Virus record (IMG/VR): IMGVR_UViG_3300050821_018050 | Span: 32,001 to 96,000 of that record | From: a virus | DNA length: 64,000 bases | Direction: 5' to 3' (one strand) | Shown: piece after piece, positions 9,573 to 18,037 of the stretch | How the letters are laid out: each line of letters starts with the position of its first letter | Position numbering within the stretch: the stretch's first letter is position 1 | Notes under the pieces: model-generated | The model's database searches: none | Seen by the model: the letters and a program-made list of their open reading frames with translations, nothing else | What the model was told of the DNA's origin: nothing | Position numbers and translations under genes: made by a program

Positions 9573-9813
9573 GAAATTTCTTAGTTTTGACTATACCGAT
9601 CAATAAACGCTGTCTTACGCGTTCTCTGGTAACTCCAAAGTCTTTGGCTATGTTATTAATCGGCTCTCCCATAGCGTAAAGCTTCATAGTCCATAATATT
9701 TCGATATTATATGGATTTCGTTGAAATAATGGTATGTAATGCAATACCTCTGATTTGGTAGGTATACCATCATTAAACCTACGCATAAATCTAAAAAACA
9801 TATTTCTAAGCAT
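9511..9813 (-). CDS. Small sigma70 region-4-like HTH protein
   Basis: IAKDFGVTRERVRQ motif; leaderless ATG 9813 lies 7 nt from the -10. Confidence 0.75.
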   Translation of the reverse strand: MLRNMFFRFMRRFNDGIPTKSEVLHYIPLFQRNPYNIEILWTMKLYAMGEPINNIAKDFGVTRERVRQRLLIGIVKTKKFHDGMRQSLKELKALHDKKRP

Positions 9814-9820
9814 TATATAA

Positions 9821-9849
9821 ATAATAGCATATTTGTCGGGATTTGTCAA
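9821..9849 (-). promoter_or_regulatory. sigma70 promoter TTGACA-17-TATTAT (leaderless)
   Basis: -35 at 9844-9849, -10 at 9821-9826, TG extension. Confidence 0.8.
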
Positions 9850-9850
9850 T

Positions 9851-9858
9851 CCTAATAT
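9851..9858 (+). promoter_or_regulatory. Putative late promoter CCTAATAT, back-to-back with the early promoter
   Basis: Recurring octamer; in-frame GTG at 9866. Confidence 0.65.
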
Positions 9859-9865
9859 TTTCATT

Positions 9866-11389
9866 GTGAAGCGTGATTATTTTAGACAATTACAGAAATC
9901 TAGCGGTTGGTCTGGGAGACAAAAATCTACTCCTCAAGCCGCCGATTCTATACATTTTTCACATCCAGAGCACGGCACTGTATCTATCATAAAAGACAAC
10001 AACCAATATCATGTTAAACACAATGGAGCCTTGGCTGGTATTCGCGGACAAAAAGGTGTATTTGATCATCCTAAATCTGCAGTAGAGCACGCAAAGGCCT
10101 ACATCGGTCATCTCAACGCTGGTCAGCCCGGCAAAACTATTTTTAATACTCCTTCGGCCCCGCATTTAGGTAAGGCCGATCCTTCGCCATCTCCAAGCCC
10201 TAATTGGGACGTTAATAAACAAGCTGCACAAAAATTTCAAGATGGATTTAATCAAGGCCCCGATATCAGCGGGGCTTGGAACAGCATTAAATCTGGCTTA
10301 GGCTTGGGGAAATCTTTCGGTACTACTGAAAAGATGCACCCTACCGGTAAAAATACTGAGATGGGTCAAATTGCTAGAAAGCAATCTTTACAAAAACTAA
10401 GAGCATTAAAAAAGCCAAATCTAGGGAAATCAGAGAATATTATGTCAAAATCAGCAATCGAACAAGCCAAAGACCTTATCAAAGCATTGAAAGAAAATCC
10501 ATCTGGATTAGAAGAACTTTCCAAAGCTGCAGTTCAACACATTAAAGGTGTGCATATGCCAATCGGCGCGGGCGCTCCTGGTATGTCTGAAATGGGAAAA
10601 ATCAATTCTCTTAAAACTGGTGGAAAAGAATTCGCGAATTCTGCTGCCAAGCATCAAGTAAAGCAAATTTCTCAGGCAGCTAAGACTCTTCCGAAGCCTA
10701 AGTTGGGTAAAGAAGAAATTAAAGAAATACCGCAAGAAGATAAAAAAGGCGACCAACCCTCTGGAACAGTTGGCGTAGAAAATCCTAAAAATGTTGATCC
10801 TTTAATGGATAAAACTGGCGCAAATCCAGATTATAAAGCACCGAGTGAAAAAGAATGCAAAGAAATGGTGAATAAAGCTTCTATGTCTGAAAAGGGTGTT
10901 CATAAGCCAGCATTTATGCATTCCAAGAAAAGCGGAACATCTGATGTTGGCGCTCGTATGGCACCGGGCGGAGCCAGTAAAGAGACCAATGCATATGCCA
11001 AAGAAGAACATAAAAAAGTACTAGCTGAATCTAAGGCTATGCCAAAACCTAATCTTGGTAAAGAAGAAATGGGCAAGTCAGCTTTCAAAACCCTTCAGCA
11101 TAAGATTGAACGCAAAGAAGGTTATTCGCCTGATCGTGCTGCAGCAATTACTGCTTCCATCGGTCGTAAAGAGCTTGGCCAAGCTGAAATGACTCGCCGC
11201 TCCAAAGCCGGTATGCATAAAAAAGCAGAAGGCAACCCAGATATGAAACAGGATGCTCAGCTTGGAGAACAAGTCGAACATGCTGTTGAAAGCCATATGA
11301 TGGCTAATGCCGGAGCTGAAGCCAAAGAAGGACATCCAATGGCTAAGGCCTATTTCAGGAATAAATTGGCTAAATGCGGAGTTAGATAA
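9866..11389 (+). CDS. Lys-rich internal head-type protein with internal repeats
   Basis: ORF 9833..11389, GTG 9866 preferred because 9833 lies upstream of the late motif; KP[N/K]LGK[S/E]E x3, KGVH.P x2; more than 10 xxK[S/A/E] motifs. Confidence 0.7.
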   Translation: MKRDYFRQLQKSSGWSGRQKSTPQAADSIHFSHPEHGTVSIIKDNNQYHVKHNGALAGIRGQKGVFDHPKSAVEHAKAYIGHLNAGQPGKTIFNTPSAPHLGKADPSPSPSPNWDVNKQAAQKFQDGFNQGPDISGAWNSIKSGLGLGKSFGTTEKMHPTGKNTEMGQIARKQSLQKLRALKKPNLGKSENIMSKSAIEQAKDLIKALKENPSGLEELSKAAVQHIKGVHMPIGAGAPGMSEMGKINSLKTGGKEFANSAAKHQVKQISQAAKTLPKPKLGKEEIKEIPQEDKKGDQPSGTVGVENPKNVDPLMDKTGANPDYKAPSEKECKEMVNKASMSEKGVHKPAFMHSKKSGTSDVGARMAPGGASKETNAYAKEEHKKVLAESKAMPKPNLGKEEMGKSAFKTLQHKIERKEGYSPDRAAAITASIGRKELGQAEMTRRSKAGMHKKAEGNPDMKQDAQLGEQVEHAVESHMMANAGAEAKEGHPMAKAYFRNKLAKCGVR

Positions 11390-11622
11390 TGAGCCGTAAG
11401 AAAAACCAAAATCAAGCAGAACTACAAATTGTAGGACAGCCTGAATTGGCAGCAAAAAAGATTGAAGTGGCTCCCATTAAGCCAGATATTACCTTTGAAT
11501 CATGGTTTATGCAAACCGGACTCAAAGTAGAACTAAAAAAGGTATTAATGAAGCATTTTAAGGCAAGAGGATTTTTAGATAGTAAAGAATTTGATAAAGG
11601 TTTATCTGATTTTGGTATTTAG
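11389..11622 (+). CDS. Hypothetical protein preceding sheath
   Basis: 77 aa, TAATG coupling. Confidence 0.7.
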   Translation: MSRKKNQNQAELQIVGQPELAAKKIEVAPIKPDITFESWFMQTGLKVELKKVLMKHFKARGFLDSKEFDKGLSDFGI

Positions 11623-11630
11623 TCAGAAGA

Positions 11631-11638
11631 CCTAATAT
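11631..11638 (+). promoter_or_regulatory. Putative late promoter CCTAATAT
   Basis: Intergenic, followed by AAGGAG SD and sheath ATG. Confidence 0.7.
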
Positions 11639-11665
11639 TAACCATAAGTTTTAAGGAGATTATAA

Positions 11666-14437
11666 ATGGCACAGTCAACAGTAACACAAGATGGGATTCA
11701 ATTAGTAGTTCCCGGCACTTACGTAAGCACTAATGTACAGTCAGGCGCTTCCGGTGCTGCAACTGCAGGAATCGTGACAATTGTCGGAGAAGCAGACCAA
11801 GGTCCAGCTTTTATTGATGAAACAGATTTAAACAATTCTGTTTTCACCCCTTCCCAATATAATCAAGTAGTTCAAAAATATGTTTCTGGTAATATTGTAG
11901 ACGCTTTCCGCGCCCTCATCACCGCTGCTAATGATCCAGCTATTGTTGGCGCGGTTAATCAAGTTCGTATTGTTAAAACAAATCCATCGACTGCCGCAGA
12001 CGCAACTATTACTTCTAATGGACTTTCATTTGCAACATTGACCGCAGATACTTTCGGAGCTGCTGGTAATTTGATCAAATACCGTTCACAGGTTGCAACA
12101 GCTGAACTAGCTCCAAGCACTGGTTCCATGTCTTATACCCCCGATTATGCGAGCCATGCTGCTAATTTTATCGTTAACGGCACTGCGACAGAATCTGTAT
12201 CAATCCCTTCAAAAACATCTTTAGCGGCATTGGCATCAGCCATTGAAAGTATTGCTGATGGTATTTTAGTATCAGGCCAATCAGAAATTCTTCCTGTAGC
12301 AGCTCTTGTTGGGATTACATTGTCGGCTTCTACTGCCAATGCATCCACTCTTACCCTTTCGTTACCTGCAGGTCAAGTATTTGCAGGAAGTCCAGCCGTA
12401 GGTGATTCTATTGTTATTCCAGCTACTGGGGATTTTGGCGCAACTGCAAATTCTGTTATCAGTAATTCCGGTGCTTCCAACATCGGAACGTATATTATTT
12501 CTGCTGTAGTCAATTCTCCAGCATCAGCTTCTCTAACATTAGCTCTTGCAAACGCTCCCGTAGGAATGACTCTTTCTGCGCAATCTGGAACCATCGTCGC
12601 TTCTCAACGTGATGTTATCCTTTATAAACCATTTGCAGTGAACAATTATACTGGCGAAGATCGCCATGCTATGGATGGTCTTGCCGGAACCTTTACTACT
12701 GTAATTTCTGGTCCAAATGTAACCGTCACCCCTCCAGCAAGCTGGACAGTTTCTCCACGTACTGGAGATATTGTTAAATTATCATCTTCATTCGCAGGAA
12801 TTAATCCAGGTTTCTATTTGGTTTCATCGGCTTCTGCTAATAGTTTAGTGATGGTTAGACAATCGATTGGAGCAGCCGGTACTTCTGGTTCAGCTACTGT
12901 TGGTACGATCAACTCAGGTAATGCGCCATTTATTGTTCTCAAACCAGCTATCGATGGCCTCGGTAAATCATTAGAAATGACCGGCGACCTGCAAAATCTT
13001 TTCAAGGATCCCGCACTTCGTAGTGCTGCCGCAACTATTAATACTGTAATGTTTTCTGCTGCTGAACTACGTAATACCATGACGGTTAGCCGTAATGCTG
13101 TTTCAGAATCGTTTACTTCTGGCGGAAATATCGTAATTAAGGTTGGATCAAGCCTTCCTTCGCCTACATTGACTGTTGGAACCAGCAGCATTACTCTTAG
13201 CTCAAATGCAACTGTAATTCTTACTGCTGCATTTAGCCAATTTCCTACTTTGCAAAACATGGTTGATTTGATTAATTCTCAAACAGGATTTTCAGCAAGT
13301 TTAGGTTCTGCTAAATACGCGAATATTTCTCCATCTGCTTTAGATGAAGGAACTTACGGATTGGCTACCAACTTAAGCGCTCAACCTGCTCGCATTAAAA
13401 ATGATGCAGCTTCATGGTTAGCAGCTATCAATGGATCAACCCTTGTGTCAGCTACTTTGATTGCAACCGGTGGATTACCTGAAACAGTTACTCCTGATCA
13501 ATTTTTGACTGGTGGGACTAAAGCCGGTACTACTGCCGCGCAAGTGGTTGCCGCTATCGACGCTTGCCAATCATTGGACACTAATTTCATCGTGCCACTC
13601 TTTTCTCGTGATGCGAGTTTAGATATTGCAGATGGATTAACCGATTCTTCATCTACTTATACTGTAGATGCGATCAACGCTTATACCCAAGCTCACGTAC
13701 TTTTAATGTCTCAAGTTAAAATGCGTAAGAATCGTATTGCAATTGTGTCTAAACAAGATACTTATGTAAACGTAAAAGAAGCTGCTGGAGAACTAGTATC
13801 TTTCCGCGTAGCATTAGCATTCCAAAGCTTTAAAAATGTATCAGCTGCCGGAGTAATTACCACTTATCAACCTTGGATGTCCGCAATTATCGCTGCTGGC
13901 ATGCAAGCTGCTGCTGGCTATAAAGGTATCGTAAAGAAATTTGCAAATATTTCAGGTGTAGTTGCTCAACCTGATTTTGATGCAAGTAATCCTGGCGATT
14001 TAGAAGATGGATTAGAAGCCGGTTTGTTGATCATGGAAAGAGTTAATACTGGCGGTTTCCGCTGGGTATCTGACCAAACTACATATTCAGTTGATAATAA
14101 CTTTGTGTACAATTCTTTACAAGCGGTTTATCTTGCAGATCTTATGACTTATAGCTTGATCGCTACTTTTGATCTTCAATTGGTGGGTAAATCTGTAGCG
14201 GAAATTTCTGCTCAAGCAGCTTTGGCGATTTTGGAAGCAGCAATGTTTAACTTCTTACGTCAAAAATGGATTGCACCGTCAGACGATGGTGCTCCAAAAG
14301 GATTTAAGAATGCTTCGGTACAAATTACCGGAGGCGTTTGTTCCATCGCTGTAGAAGCAAAACTTGCGGGTATTTTATACTTTGCTCCAATTGCTTTCAC
14401 TCTGAGTGAAGTACAACAATCGGCATCTAGTTCTTAA
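11666..14437 (+). CDS. Contractile tail sheath protein
   Basis: N-terminal PGTYV...IVGEADQGP; C-terminal sheath-like domain (GLL.ME...FRWV.DQTTY); precedes tube gene. Confidence 0.9.
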   Translation: MAQSTVTQDGIQLVVPGTYVSTNVQSGASGAATAGIVTIVGEADQGPAFIDETDLNNSVFTPSQYNQVVQKYVSGNIVDAFRALITAANDPAIVGAVNQVRIVKTNPSTAADATITSNGLSFATLTADTFGAAGNLIKYRSQVATAELAPSTGSMSYTPDYASHAANFIVNGTATESVSIPSKTSLAALASAIESIADGILVSGQSEILPVAALVGITLSASTANASTLTLSLPAGQVFAGSPAVGDSIVIPATGDFGATANSVISNSGASNIGTYIISAVVNSPASASLTLALANAPVGMTLSAQSGTIVASQRDVILYKPFAVNNYTGEDRHAMDGLAGTFTTVISGPNVTVTPPASWTVSPRTGDIVKLSSSFAGINPGFYLVSSASANSLVMVRQSIGAAGTSGSATVGTINSGNAPFIVLKPAIDGLGKSLEMTGDLQNLFKDPALRSAAATINTVMFSAAELRNTMTVSRNAVSESFTSGGNIVIKVGSSLPSPTLTVGTSSITLSSNATVILTAAFSQFPTLQNMVDLINSQTGFSASLGSAKYANISPSALDEGTYGLATNLSAQPARIKNDAASWLAAINGSTLVSATLIATGGLPETVTPDQFLTGGTKAGTTAAQVVAAIDACQSLDTNFIVPLFSRDASLDIADGLTDSSSTYTVDAINAYTQAHVLLMSQVKMRKNRIAIVSKQDTYVNVKEAAGELVSFRVALAFQSFKNVSAAGVITTYQPWMSAIIAAGMQAAAGYKGIVKKFANISGVVAQPDFDASNPGDLEDGLEAGLLIMERVNTGGFRWVSDQTTYSVDNNFVYNSLQAVYLADLMTYSLIATFDLQLVGKSVAEISAQAALAILEAAMFNFLRQKWIAPSDDGAPKGFKNASVQITGGVCSIAVEAKLAGILYFAPIAFTLSEVQQSASSS

Positions 14438-14447
14438 GGTATAGACA

Positions 14448-14834
14448 ATGGAAAAGCTTTCTAAAACTTCTTTACCCCCTAAGATTAAGTATCGTATCCG
14501 TAAATGGATCGAAACCATGAGACATGCAAAACCAAATATGTCTAATAAAGATCTTGCAGGTAATATTGTGAAGAAATTTGAAGAAGCGTTGGCCATTAAA
14601 GAACTTAAAAAGAATCAGGTGATGGCTTCCATGTACAAATCAGGTGGAATGCGCTTAGATTTTGGAATGAATGTCTCAGAAAAAGCTAAAAAAGCAGCTT
14701 TGGAATGGGCTAAGAAAAAAGGTTTACAGATTGAAACCAGTGAATTGGCTAAATCAGTAGCAAAGTCAAATAAGCTTGAATTCGGCGATTGCCGGACAGA
14801 TGAATGCATCAAACGCGTTATCTGGGAATGTTAA
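14448..14834 (+). CDS. Basic hypothetical protein with xxKS motifs
   Basis: 128 aa, SD AAGG; MYKS, LAKS, VAKS. Confidence 0.7.
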   Translation: MEKLSKTSLPPKIKYRIRKWIETMRHAKPNMSNKDLAGNIVKKFEEALAIKELKKNQVMASMYKSGGMRLDFGMNVSEKAKKAALEWAKKKGLQIETSELAKSVAKSNKLEFGDCRTDECIKRVIWEC

Positions 14835-14849
14835 CAAAGGGGAACGAAA

Positions 14850-15323
14850 ATGGCACAAAGTCAAATTTTTACAGGAGCGAGAGCCAAGCTTCTAATCAAC
14901 GGTAAAGCAGTAGGATTATTTGCCAACTGTAATTGGAGTGTTCGTCAAGAGAAAGTACCAGCTTTCATCTTGGGTGCTTATGCCCCGGTAGAAATTACTC
15001 AAACTACACAAGAAGCAATTACCATGGATCTTCGTGGTTATCGCGTAGTCGACAGCGGTCCATATGCTGTAGCAAATGTTACAATGCTTAAAAACTTACT
15101 CACCGAAGAAGATTTCTCTGTAGCGATCACTGATCGTCAAACAGGTAAAATGATTCTTCTAGTGCAAGGATGTAAGGCAACTGGATTTAGTTCCGGTGCA
15201 GCTTCTAAATCTGTTTCAGATATTAGCGTAAGTATTCTCGGCCTTCGTGCGGACGATGAATATACATTGTCACAAGGTGGCGATGGCGAACCGGGCGCAT
15301 CTACCCTCACTGATGGCAGTTAA
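14850..15323 (+). CDS. Tail tube protein
   Basis: 157 aa after sheath; TGARAKL.ING..VG...LG....EI pattern of myovirus tube proteins. Confidence 0.8.
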   Translation: MAQSQIFTGARAKLLINGKAVGLFANCNWSVRQEKVPAFILGAYAPVEITQTTQEAITMDLRGYRVVDSGPYAVANVTMLKNLLTEEDFSVAITDRQTGKMILLVQGCKATGFSSGAASKSVSDISVSILGLRADDEYTLSQGGDGEPGASTLTDGS

Positions 15324-15353
15324 TTAATCACCAATATTGTCTCAATAATATTG

Positions 15354-15387
15354 AAAGGCTCATCCTAAAGGGTGGGCCTTTTATTTT
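15354..15387 (+). terminator. Rho-independent terminator, probably bidirectional
   Basis: AAAGGCTCATCC-TAAA-GGGTGGGCCTTT hairpin plus T-tract between convergent genes. Confidence 0.8.
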
Positions 15388-15608
15388 ACGATGGGATAAA
15401 ATTCGGCCATAAAATGTTTAACTAATTTTCCGTTTTTGCCTTTATTAAATTTTGGTCTAGCATTCGCAAGATCATTGAAAAATTTGTTATACCAGCACCC
15501 TTTAGGCCCACGGGCTCTAGGTGCCAAAAATGCTAGTAGCCTAGCTTCAAACTCAGTTATCGTTGTATATGAAGGGTATGGATTGAATTTAAAACGTTTC
15601 GCCATCAT
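15381..15608 (-). CDS. Hypothetical protein
   Basis: 75 aa, last gene of antisense cassette. Confidence 0.55.
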   Translation of the reverse strand: MMAKRFKFNPYPSYTTITEFEARLLAFLAPRARGPKGCWYNKFFNDLANARPKFNKGKNGKLVKHFMAEFYPIVK

Positions 15609-15843
15609 GTTTCCAATAAATAGATTTTAGCTTAAAAATTTCAAAACGATCTAATTCGAAATATTCGTCATATTGTTCGATTCTAGCTTCCAATTTAAGT
15701 CTCTTTTTAAGAGACAGCCTCTCAAGTTGGTAATTTACTATTTTATCACATGCAAAGTAAAGTTGCTCGTAGGGGTCATTAGGGGAACTATTTTCCATTT
15801 TAGCTAAAAATGAATGAACCCTTAACAACAGCTCGGTGATCAT
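15589..15843 (-). CDS. Hypothetical protein
   Basis: 84 aa, ATGA overlap with CYTH gene. Confidence 0.6.
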   Translation of the reverse strand: MITELLLRVHSFLAKMENSSPNDPYEQLYFACDKIVNYQLERLSLKKRLKLEARIEQYDEYFELDRFEIFKLKSIYWKHDGETF

Positions 15844-16382
15844 TTTCTGCCCTTTACAAATAGTTGATAAATAGATTTTTTTTCATGATGAAGATCAATA
15901 GCTTTCTTAAGTTTTTTTGTGATGCGCTCGACCTTTTTAATGTCCCTAGCTTCTATTTCTAAGAAAATACGGTGATCTCCCTGGACTTTATAAATACTTA
16001 CATTGGTGTCTTTTTTATCTAAGAAAAATACACTGTACCTTTTACGAACAGATCTTGCTGGTAACCCAAAAAATTGAGTACATATTGCTATCGCCTGGGC
16101 TGGGTCTTTAACGTCAACATCAATCTCTACTCTATTAGTAGTACTACCCTTATCACTATGTTTTACCGTCATTTGGGCTTCACCATGTGGCATCATTCTA
16201 ACTCTAGCAAAATCCGCTTTAATTGACTTAGGGGTATTAAAATAAATATCAGTTGAATCACCGTGAATGATTTTTTTAATTAATTTTCGAAGACAGCATT
16301 TCACTGTTTTAGCAGTAGCGTCGTATCTCCAGCCATTTTTAATTTCAAATTTTTTTTCAATTTCTCGATTACGATAACCCAT
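15840..16382 (-). CDS. CYTH/triphosphate tunnel metalloenzyme (class IV adenylate cyclase-like fold)
   Basis: EIEKK, DIYF, RVR, TVK, RVEI, RKR, FLEIE motifs. Confidence 0.8.
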   Translation of the reverse strand: MGYRNREIEKKFEIKNGWRYDATAKTVKCCLRKLIKKIIHGDSTDIYFNTPKSIKADFARVRMMPHGEAQMTVKHSDKGSTTNRVEIDVDVKDPAQAIAICTQFFGLPARSVRKRYSVFFLDKKDTNVSIYKVQGDHRIFLEIEARDIKKVERITKKLKKAIDLHHEKKSIYQLFVKGRK

Positions 16383-16394
16383 CTTTTTCCTTAA

Positions 16395-16781
16395 TTACTC
16401 GTTTTGATCAACTCCGATAGTGATTTTCTCGCCTTCTGCTGAAATCAGAGTCCGTCGTTTAATGCAATTTCTATTTCTAGTATTTGCTTGGCCAGAAATT
16501 AGAGTACAATTATCAGGTGAATAATGCCCGTTAACATTTTTTCTTTCAAGTTGAAGTTTTTTACTATTTTCAATAAAAAATGAAATATCTATATTTAGTC
16601 TATTTATTTCTCTTAAAAGCCAAAATCTAAAACTTTCTATATCCTTAATCCATTCAGAGCAAACCCTAATACCACGTTCTCCATAATTTTTATATGATCT
16701 ATCGCTCGTTCTATAGCATCTGCCCATCATGCCGTCATATTTTTTGCCGCTTACTGAAATGAAATCTTTCTTTTTATTCAT
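16395..16781 (-). CDS. HNH-type homing endonuclease-like protein
   Basis: M..RCY....Y.NYG.RGI.VC.EW...L.R.N.NG.YSP.NC motif. Confidence 0.75.
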   Translation of the reverse strand: MNKKKDFISVSGKKYDGMMGRCYRTSDRSYKNYGERGIRVCSEWIKDIESFRFWLLREINRLNIDISFFIENSKKLQLERKNVNGHYSPDNCTLISGQANTRNRNCIKRRTLISAEGEKITIGVDQNE

Positions 16782-16788
16782 AAACTTT

Positions 16789-17262
16789 CTACTGAGTAAT
16801 AACGCAATTCGCTTTGATAGTAAAAGTACAACTTGCGTTTACCCCATCACTGCTATAGGTGCCCGGTGGTAACTCAGCTAGGAATCCTCCGTTTAAGCTA
16901 TAAACTCCCCAGATATTACCGTTAATACAAATACCACTTTCTGCAAAAGTGTTCGGATAAGATTGGGTAAAGCCATTACAAAATTGCACTGGCGTAATAA
17001 CAGTACCAGGCGTACCTTGGCTTCCATTTGATCCAGGATTGCCATTTAAAACTACTGAAGAAGTTCCATCAGAGCAAGTGATTAGAGAACCTCCATTAGA
17101 AGCTACAGGGGAGCCAACCGCTAAGGTAGCAACACTACAGCCACTGCCGGATACTCCCGCAGGCCCGGCAGCGCCAACGTCACCTTTTGGCCCTTTTCCA
17201 CATGCAGATAGAGTTAAACTGAAGCAAAGTAATACCGGTAACATTTTCAAATATAATTTCAT
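16789..17262 (-). CDS. Lipoprotein with short collagen-like Gly-X-Y tracts
   Basis: Signal peptide with LSAC lipobox; GPKGDVGAAGPAG; Cys-rich C-terminus; SD AAGGAG. Confidence 0.75.
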   Translation of the reverse strand: MKLYLKMLPVLLCFSLTLSACGKGPKGDVGAAGPAGVSGSGCSVATLAVGSPVASNGGSLITCSDGTSSVVLNGNPGSNGSQGTPGTVITPVQFCNGFTQSYPNTFAESGICINGNIWGVYSLNGGFLAELPPGTYSSDGVNASCTFTIKANCVITQ

Positions 17263-17279
17263 TAGGTCTCCTTACTTAT

Positions 17280-17308
17280 AGTGTACTTTCTTTATAGGGA
17301 TATGTCAA
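17280..17308 (-). promoter_or_regulatory. sigma70 promoter TTGACA-17-TACACT
   Basis: -35 at 17303-17308, -10 at 17280-17285. Confidence 0.75.
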
Positions 17309-17314
17309 TATAAA

Positions 17315-17884
17315 TTATGTAAGACTGTAAGGTGGCGCAAATTTTAAATCAAACTCATTTATCACTCTTAAAAATACTTGATCAGCGCTCAAGACAGCCG
17401 TATCAAGCACTAGATCAAATTGGCCCTCAATTGAATCTAAATCAATTTCAGAAGGATGATTGGTATTGTTACGCCACCCATCGGTACGACCTGCTCGCAC
17501 TTGTTCGTCAGCCTTTAATCGAATACGTAAAGCATTAGGAAATGCATGAAATTCATTTTGAAAACGACAATCGTCAATAATGACAACTCCGCTATTAAAA
17601 CTATTAACTACATTTTGGGCAATTTTGACCCAAATATCATCTCCATACGTTTTACGCCCAAAATCGGTCCCAAGCCATTGTAGCAATGAGCCGTCTTTTT
17701 CTGGAGCGTCGATTCCTCTAGCCCGAAGCAAATCTCTGATATTATTGTGCATAGCATAAAGCGTATCCGCGAATTTAACTTGATTTGATGGTATATTTTT
17801 GGATTTAAACCATTTTGCCAATTCTTTTGACAGTGTTGTTTTCCCAGACCCTTGTTTACCCGAAATAATTATAGTTTGAACCAT
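17315..17884 (-). CDS. Deoxynucleoside monophosphate kinase (T4 gp1-like)
   Basis: P-loop GKQGSGKT; FADTL, LQWLGTDFGR, DCRFQNE, HPSE motifs. Confidence 0.85.
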   Translation of the reverse strand: MVQTIIISGKQGSGKTTLSKELAKWFKSKNIPSNQVKFADTLYAMHNNIRDLLRARGIDAPEKDGSLLQWLGTDFGRKTYGDDIWVKIAQNVVNSFNSGVVIIDDCRFQNEFHAFPNALRIRLKADEQVRAGRTDGWRNNTNHPSEIDLDSIEGQFDLVLDTAVLSADQVFLRVINEFDLKFAPPYSLT

Positions 17885-18008
17885 ATGTGTCTCCCTTGAT
17901 ATCGTTTATTTTTAAAAATACCCGGTAATTCAACAAATATCAACCACGAGTTGTTAACGTGTTTAAGTATATATAATTGCTTATCTATTAAATCGAACAT
18001 GACCCATT

Positions 18009-18016
18009 CCTAATAT
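18009..18016 (+). promoter_or_regulatory. Putative late promoter CCTAATAT
   Basis: Upstream of AGGAG SD and ATG 18038. Confidence 0.7.
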
Positions 18017-18037
18017 TTATGTCAGGAGAAATACACA

